A DNA stretch of 51,813 bases from Nevskiaceae bacterium (lineage in GTDB: Bacteria; Patescibacteriota; Microgenomatia; PFEM01). The notes under the pieces were generated by a model. The model was not told the origin of the DNA, did no database searches, and saw only the letters and a program-made list of their open reading frames with translations. The position numbers were made by a program, and so were the translations under genes. This document shows, piece after piece, positions 47,627-51,813 of this stretch. The stretch is from NCBI GenBank assembly GCA_035527075.1, contig DATLBE010000039.1, forward strand, positions 1-51,813, written 5' to 3'. The first letter of the stretch is position 1; every line of letters begins with the position of its first letter.

Positions 47627-48469
47627 TTAAACCAGAGTATTACCTTTGTAGATTTTAGGTTCCAGCCAATCGGGTGAGGGGTCTGGTTTTTTCTCGGCAG
47701 AAATCTTCGGTGGCATTGGCTCAAGAGGAACAGTTTTTTTTGAAGTTTTAGCGCCGGCTTTTAAACAAAAAGCGGCTGCTTCAAAAGCGGAAGGCCCGGC
47801 TTTAGCCAGAGAAAAACCGGCGGTGGCTTTTTGAATCCCAGACAAAAGATTAGCGGCAATATCACCATCAATCGGCAAATTCAGACGGGAAAGCACCAAA
47901 GTCATCATTTCTGAGTAAGAGCTCGCTTGAGGATCAACCAAATCGACATTAGCAAATGGTTCGTTGGTCGGGCTGATATTAAAATTAACGGTTTTACTTT
48001 CCTTAAATGTTTTTTTGTTTTGGAAATAAACTTCGCCTAAATCACTAAGACTTCTAGCACCAACTACAAAAATTAAATCAGTTCGGCTACCTGAATAGGA
48101 GTAGTTTATTTTTTCAGTTGCCAGTGGTAAAAAGCTTTCTTTGGGTTGAATGACCAAATTAAACTTGTTGTTTTCAATGCTATAGCTAACTTTTTCAATT
48201 GAATCTTCAACATAATCAAAAGAAATAACCAAATTTCTACCTTTTATTTTTTGTTTAACCTGATCCACACCAACTAATGAAGAAAATTCAACTATCATCG
48301 ATCTGGAACAAAAAATAGAAACCTCTTTTTTAGTTTTTTTTAAGGAAAGATACAAGGAAAGTCCGGCTGCAACTTTATCTAAACTTAGCTTTTGGGAAAG
48401 AACCACGAAAATAGTCTGAGCAGGAGTCAAAGCTTCTCGAATTTGAGTAAGGCCATTTGGGGTAATCAT
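47627..48469 (-). CDS. hypothetical protein, probable catalytically degenerate DHH-family (NrnA-like) domain
   Basis: The spacing and hydrophobic pattern of DHH motifs I-IV are retained (IFVVLSQKLSLDKVAAGLSLYLSL; DLIFVVG; NFNISPTNEPFANVDLVD..SSYSEM; IAANLLSGIQKATAGF). The Asp/His metal ligands are replaced. Confidence 0.4.
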   Translation of the reverse strand: MITPNGLTQIREALTPAQTIFVVLSQKLSLDKVAAGLSLYLSLKKTKKEVSIFCSRSMIVEFSSLVGVDQVKQKIKGRNLVISFDYVEDSIEKVSYSIENNKFNLVIQPKESFLPLATEKINYSYSGSRTDLIFVVGARSLSDLGEVYFQNKKTFKESKTVNFNISPTNEPFANVDLVDPQASSYSEMMTLVLSRLNLPIDGDIAANLLSGIQKATAGFSLAKAGPSAFEAAAFCLKAGAKTSKKTVPLEPMPPKISAEKKPDPSPDWLEPKIYKGNTLV

Positions 48470-48470
48470 C

Positions 48471-49925
48471 TTACTCTGCTGCTGATCGATAAGATATTAA
48501 CACATCGCCAACAACAAAGTCAACAAGATTATCGGATAAAATCACGCCAAACTCATCTTTTACTTTCACTTTCTCCACCACTTCTTTGCCAATCTTTAAT
48601 GATTTAATCCAACCATCTCCTAAAATCTTTTTACCTCGTTTGAGATGGACCTTATCTTTTTTGCTTATCTGACCCTTTTTAACCCGGCAGCCGGCAATCC
48701 GCTGGCCTTTAATCTCAAACTCAGCGATAATTTTAGCCTCACCTAAGATTTCTTCATCAATGGTCGGTTCAAGTTTCTTTAAAATCCTTTTTTCAATCTC
48801 ATCCAAAAGATCGTAAATAACCTGATAGGTTTTAATTTCGACTTTTTCTGTTTCAGCAAGTTTTTTAACACAACCAGGAGTTTTAATGTTAAAACCAATA
48901 ATCTCTGCCTTAGTTGAACTGGCCAGCAAAATGTCGGATTCACTGATTTCCCCCACTTTAGATAAAATGATTTTCACTTCTTCAGGAAGACTGCTTAAAA
49001 TTGCCTCAAGTGTGCCTAAAACATCAGCCTTAAGAATAATGTTTAAGCCTTTTTCTTTATCAACAACCTTTTTTATTTCTGAAACTTCTTTTTTGGATTC
49101 AAGCAAAGGTACTGATTTCTCCACGGTTGACTTAACAATTTTGGTGCCAACTGGAGGAACTTGGTCAAAACCTAACACTTCTACCGGTTGGGCCGGCCCG
49201 GCTTGATTAACTTTCTTTCCGTTTTCGTCAAAGATTGCCTTCACCTTGGCGTAAGTTTCTTCCGCTACGATTTTTTCACCGACCTTCAATGTCCCGTCAC
49301 GAATTAAAACTGTTGCCAAAGGCCCGCGGCTTTTATCAAGTCTTGATTCAATGACCACAGCTTCAAGTTTACCTTGAGGATTGGCTTTTAACTCAGCCAT
49401 TTCGGCTAAAAGCAAAACCATCTCTAAAAGTTGGTCAACACCTTTGCCAGTTTTGGCCGAAACAGATACCGCTAAAACATCACCACCGTAGCCTTCAACA
49501 AAAATTTTATTTTCCGCTAAATTTCCCTTAAGCCAATCTAATTTTTTAGCAGTCGGCAAATCTATCTTATTAATTGCCACCAGATAAGGTATTTTGGTTG
49601 TCTTGATGTGTTTCAAGCTTTCCAAGGTTTGAGGTTTAACACCTTCATCAGCCGCCACCACTAAAATGGCCAAATCAGCCACCTTGGCACCCCGCGACCT
49701 CATTTTGGAAAAAGCGACATGGCCTGGAGTGTCAATAAGAGTAATTGTTTTAACTTTTTTGTCTGGTGATTTAACTTTTATTTGATAGGCGCCAATGTGT
49801 TGGCTGATACCGCCAAATTCTTTTTTGGTTAAATCAACTTGTTTAATCTTGGAAATTAAGGTCGTTTTACCATGGTCAACATGGCCCAAAATGGCCACGA
49901 TTGGAGGCCGAGTTTCATTTTTCAC
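48471..49925 (-). CDS. infB: translation initiation factor IF-2 (short form, G domain onward)
   Basis: [26 protein letters not shown]. Confidence 0.95.
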   Translation of the reverse strand: MKNETRPPIVAILGHVDHGKTTLISKIKQVDLTKKEFGGISQHIGAYQIKVKSPDKKVKTITLIDTPGHVAFSKMRSRGAKVADLAILVVAADEGVKPQTLESLKHIKTTKIPYLVAINKIDLPTAKKLDWLKGNLAENKIFVEGYGGDVLAVSVSAKTGKGVDQLLEMVLLLAEMAELKANPQGKLEAVVIESRLDKSRGPLATVLIRDGTLKVGEKIVAEETYAKVKAIFDENGKKVNQAGPAQPVEVLGFDQVPPVGTKIVKSTVEKSVPLLESKKEVSEIKKVVDKEKGLNIILKADVLGTLEAILSSLPEEVKIILSKVGEISESDILLASSTKAEIIGFNIKTPGCVKKLAETEKVEIKTYQVIYDLLDEIEKRILKKLEPTIDEEILGEAKIIAEFEIKGQRIAGCRVKKGQISKKDKVHLKRGKKILGDGWIKSLKIGKEVVEKVKVKDEFGVILSDNLVDFVVGDVLISYRSAAE

Positions 49926-50998
49926 GCTTTTTTAGTCTTTGATTTTTTAACTCTTTTTTTAGTTTTTGTTTTTTTGTTTCCTTTTTTTTGGCTTTTTTTT
50001 GTCGTTTTCTTAATAGTTGTCTTTTTCGCCGCCTCTTTGATGTCAATTCTGTAACCCGTTAGCCTGGCGGCTAAACGAACATTCTGGCCTCCTTTGCCAA
50101 TTGCTAAAGAGAGCTGGTCATCAGGTGCAGAAACAACTGCTGTTTTTTCCTTTTCATCTATCTTAACACTGATACCCTCGGCTGGAGAAAGAGCCGCGGC
50201 AATAAATTTAATCGGGTCATCGCTATACTGAATGATATCTAGCTTTTCACCTTCAAGTTCATTAATTACAGCCTGAACCCGAATGCCTTTTTGACCAACA
50301 CAAGAACCAACTGGGTCAACCCCAGCTTGGGTTGACATCACAGCAATTTTTGACCGATTACCTGGTTCTCGAGCAATCTCTTTTATCTGAACGGCGCCCG
50401 AGGCTACTTCAGGTACTTCCCGTCGAAAGAGGCTTTTAATTAAACCTTCATGAGTCCGAGAAACAATAATCTGTTGGCTTTTTTCTAAATCTTTGATCCC
50501 TTCAATATAAAAAGTGAGCCGCTGACTTAATTTGTATTCTTCCGACCTAACTTGCTCGGCAGGCGGCATGACGGCCTCAACTTTACCAATATCAACAATA
50601 ATGTTGCGACCATCAAAACGGAGAATCATGCCATTAATCAAAGTCCCAACTCTTTTGGCATATTCTTCAAGAATGGCACTTTTTTCTGCCTCCCTTATCT
50701 TTTGAAGCAAAACTTGTTTGGCTACCTGAGCGGCAATCCGGCCAAAACCTGGCGGGGTAATGTCTTTTCTGGTTGACTTTTTCTTACCTTCTTGCCAAGA
50801 AAAAAGCCGGGTTGCCCCAGTTTCCGGATTAATTTCCGCTTCGTATTCAAAGTCTTCTTTGAAACCAAAATCCCGTTTATAAGCAGCTAAAACCGCCTCT
50901 TGAATGGTGTTAATCACCGTTTCCGGATTAATGCCACGTTCAGCACAAACCTGATTTAAAGCTGAGGCAAATTCGGTTCTTGCTTTTAAAATCGCCAT
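49922..50998 (-). CDS. nusA: transcription termination/antitermination factor NusA with a Lys-rich C-terminal tail
   Basis: NTD, S1 and two KH domains. Placing the start at Met10 of the ORF (MAILKARTEF) aligns with known NusA N-termini. Confidence 0.93.
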   Translation of the reverse strand: MAILKARTEFASALNQVCAERGINPETVINTIQEAVLAAYKRDFGFKEDFEYEAEINPETGATRLFSWQEGKKKSTRKDITPPGFGRIAAQVAKQVLLQKIREAEKSAILEEYAKRVGTLINGMILRFDGRNIIVDIGKVEAVMPPAEQVRSEEYKLSQRLTFYIEGIKDLEKSQQIIVSRTHEGLIKSLFRREVPEVASGAVQIKEIAREPGNRSKIAVMSTQAGVDPVGSCVGQKGIRVQAVINELEGEKLDIIQYSDDPIKFIAAALSPAEGISVKIDEKEKTAVVSAPDDQLSLAIGKGGQNVRLAARLTGYRIDIKEAAKKTTIKKTTKKSQKKGNKKTKTKKRVKKSKTKKA

Positions 50999-51004
50999 GA
51001 TGAT

Positions 51005-51026
51005 AAAAAAGGCGGGTTTCCCCACC
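51005..51026 (-). terminator. terminator-like hairpin immediately 5' of the nusA start (possible attenuator)
   Basis: Minus strand reads GGUGGG-GAAA-CCCGCC, a 6-bp stem with one G.U pair and a GNRA loop, followed by UUUUUU. The ATG is 6 nt further on. Confidence 0.4.
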
Positions 51027-51065
51027 TCATTAAAACTTTACTTAAAACTTTCTTAACCAGACTTG

Positions 51066-51095
51066 ATTCTATCACGAAAAGGAAGTTTTCGTCAA
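51066..51095 (-). promoter_or_regulatory. sigma70-like promoter with extended -10 for nusA-infB; inverted repeat in the spacer
   Basis: Minus strand reads TTGACG (51095-51090), an 18-nt spacer, then TGaTAGAAT (-10 at 51071-51066). The spacer contains the perfect inverted repeat ACGAAAA-N5-TTTTCGT (51074-51092). Confidence 0.45.
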
Positions 51096-51136
51096 GAAAA
51101 CTATCTCACGACAAACTAGTTCAAACCCCACGCAGG

Positions 51137-51155
51137 CTGGATTAAAAAAATCCAG
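51137..51155. promoter_or_regulatory. perfect inverted repeat CTGGATT-N5-AATCCAG in the divergent nusA/DUF192 intergenic region
   Basis: A 7-bp arm palindrome lying just upstream of the proposed -35 of the DUF192 gene. Candidate operator or small hairpin. Confidence 0.25.
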
Positions 51156-51159
51156 TTTA

Positions 51160-51188
51160 TTGGGCGTTTACAGTTATTTTGTTAAAAT
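51160..51188 (+). promoter_or_regulatory. promoter with extended -10 for the DUF192 gene, leaderless-type geometry
   Basis: TTGGGC (51160-51165), a 17-nt spacer, then TGtTAAAAT (-10 at 51183-51188). The ATG follows 6 nt later, and there is no SD. Confidence 0.35.
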
Positions 51189-51194
51189 GTTTTT

Positions 51195-51659
51195 ATGAAA
51201 AGGAAAATTTTTTTTATTGTCATTTTTTTATCTTTCTCTTTATCAACGGTGGCTCTAGTGTTGTCGCAAAATCACCACCCCAAAAAACAAAACAGAGTCT
51301 GCTTTGAAAATCACTGTTTTGATATTGAATTAGCCATAACACTCGAGGAAAGAAACACTGGCTTAATGTTTAGGGAAAAATTGGATCCTAAAAACGGCAT
51401 GTTGTTTGTTTTTGACGAAGAAGAAAAACATCCCTTTTGGATGAAAAATACTCTAATCCCTTTAGATATAGTATGGATTAATGAAAATAAAGAAATTGTT
51501 TTTATCAGTGAAAATATTCCGCCATGCAAAAAATCTTCTTGCCCTACTATAAAACCAACCAAAAAGGCAAAATATGTTTTAGAAATAAATGAGGGTATTT
51601 CAAAAAAAATTGGATTGATTGTTGGAGACAAAGTTAAAATAGAATATATTAAAAATTAA
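51195..51659 (+). CDS. DUF192 domain protein with an N-terminal signal/anchor
   Basis: GLMFREKLDPKNGMLFVF...FWMKNTLIPLDIVWI is the DUF192 (COG1430) signature. Confidence 0.8.
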   Translation: MKRKIFFIVIFLSFSLSTVALVLSQNHHPKKQNRVCFENHCFDIELAITLEERNTGLMFREKLDPKNGMLFVFDEEEKHPFWMKNTLIPLDIVWINENKEIVFISENIPPCKKSSCPTIKPTKKAKYVLEINEGISKKIGLIVGDKVKIEYIKN

Positions 51660-51670
51660 GATTACTTTCC

Positions 51671-51813
51671 CTATTTCTCAAATTCCTTAATTAATTCTTT
51701 TTGTTTCCTGGTTAGTCTTTGGGGAATCTTAATGCGAAGGCGGACGTATTGATCACCGCGACCGCCAAAACCGCGCAAACGAGGAATGCCGCGACCGCGG
51801 AGCCTGACCATGG
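51671..51813 (-). CDS. dnaJ: chaperone DnaJ, C-terminal fragment (5' part outside the window)
   Basis: Hand translation gives ...VRLRGRGIPRLRGFGGRGDQYVRLRIKIPQRLTRKQKELIKEFEK*, a typical DnaJ C-terminal domain end. The stop is at 51671-51673. Confidence 0.75.
   Translation of the reverse strand, partial: MVRLRGRGIPRLRGFGGRGDQYVRLRIKIPQRLTRKQKELIKEFEK

Noticed and set aside
1-51813. Alternative genetic code (UGA recoding, as in some CPR lineages)
   Set aside because: TGA terminates xth, infA and rpsM at the expected protein ends. All conserved proteins are full length under code 11.
1-51813. CRISPR arrays, rRNA/tRNA genes, tmRNA/RNase P/SRP RNA, IS elements and integrases
   Set aside because: No spaced direct-repeat arrays were seen. 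Every intergenic gap longer than 100 nt (18215-18375, 23019-23158, 23396-23547, 31471-31610, 51026-51194) was read on both strands, and none has tRNA T-loop/acceptor features or conserved ncRNA motifs. No ORF resembles a transposase or recombinase.

Overview
This is a 51.8 kb AT-rich bacterial fragment that uses the standard genetic code (TGA serves as a stop for xth, infA and rpsM). About 66 of 68 genes lie on the minus strand.

Gene content:
- The core is one long same-strand translation/transcription array at 3771-31470: rpoB-rpoC-rpsL-rpsG-fusA-tuf-rpsJ-rplC...rplQ-rplM-rpsI.
- Left of it are base-excision repair genes (xth, an HhH-GPD glycosylase) and a SAM methyltransferase.
- Right of it are envelope, division and RNA genes: mltG, ruvX, a sortase, a 713-aa membrane protein, alaS, a RodZ-like protein, ftsK, RNase J, a UDG, a Lon-like ATPase, pnp, rpsO, infB, nusA and the dnaJ tail.
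- There is no rpmD (L30) between rpsE and rplO. L2, L5, IF-2, AlaRS, RNase J and Adk are shortened. Together with many basic tails, this fits a reduced CPR/Patescibacteria-type genome; that placement is an inference, not a proof.
- I found no rRNA, tRNA, CRISPR array, transposase or integrase.

Main result: two single-gene accessory cassettes sit directly 3' of small-subunit ribosomal protein genes.
- An ImmA/IrrE-like Zn-peptidase lies after rpsI, and an inverted ANT(6)-like nucleotidyltransferase lies after rpsJ.
- Each is bracketed by a direct duplication of the last 18-39 codons plus the stop of that ribosomal gene.
- The duplicated tails differ mostly at synonymous sites. This resembles an element that integrates into a gene 3' end and carries a replacement tail, but at about 1 kb and with no recombinase in the window.

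Secondary observations:
- An autonomous small 2-TM gene sits between rpsG and fusA.
- A free-standing LAGLIDADG-HTH endonuclease gene lies next to a Lon-derived AAA+ protein that has no protease domain and a degenerate pore loop.
- A catalytically degenerate DHH (NrnA-like) protein follows infB.
- Terminator-like hairpins sit just 5' of rplC, nusA, fusA and rpoB.
- Several extended -10 boxes lie 6-9 nt from start codons, which suggests leaderless mRNAs.

Limits: all alignments, motif calls and promoter or hairpin calls were made by hand from the sequence and ORF track. Coordinates of non-ORF features may be off by 1-2 nt.
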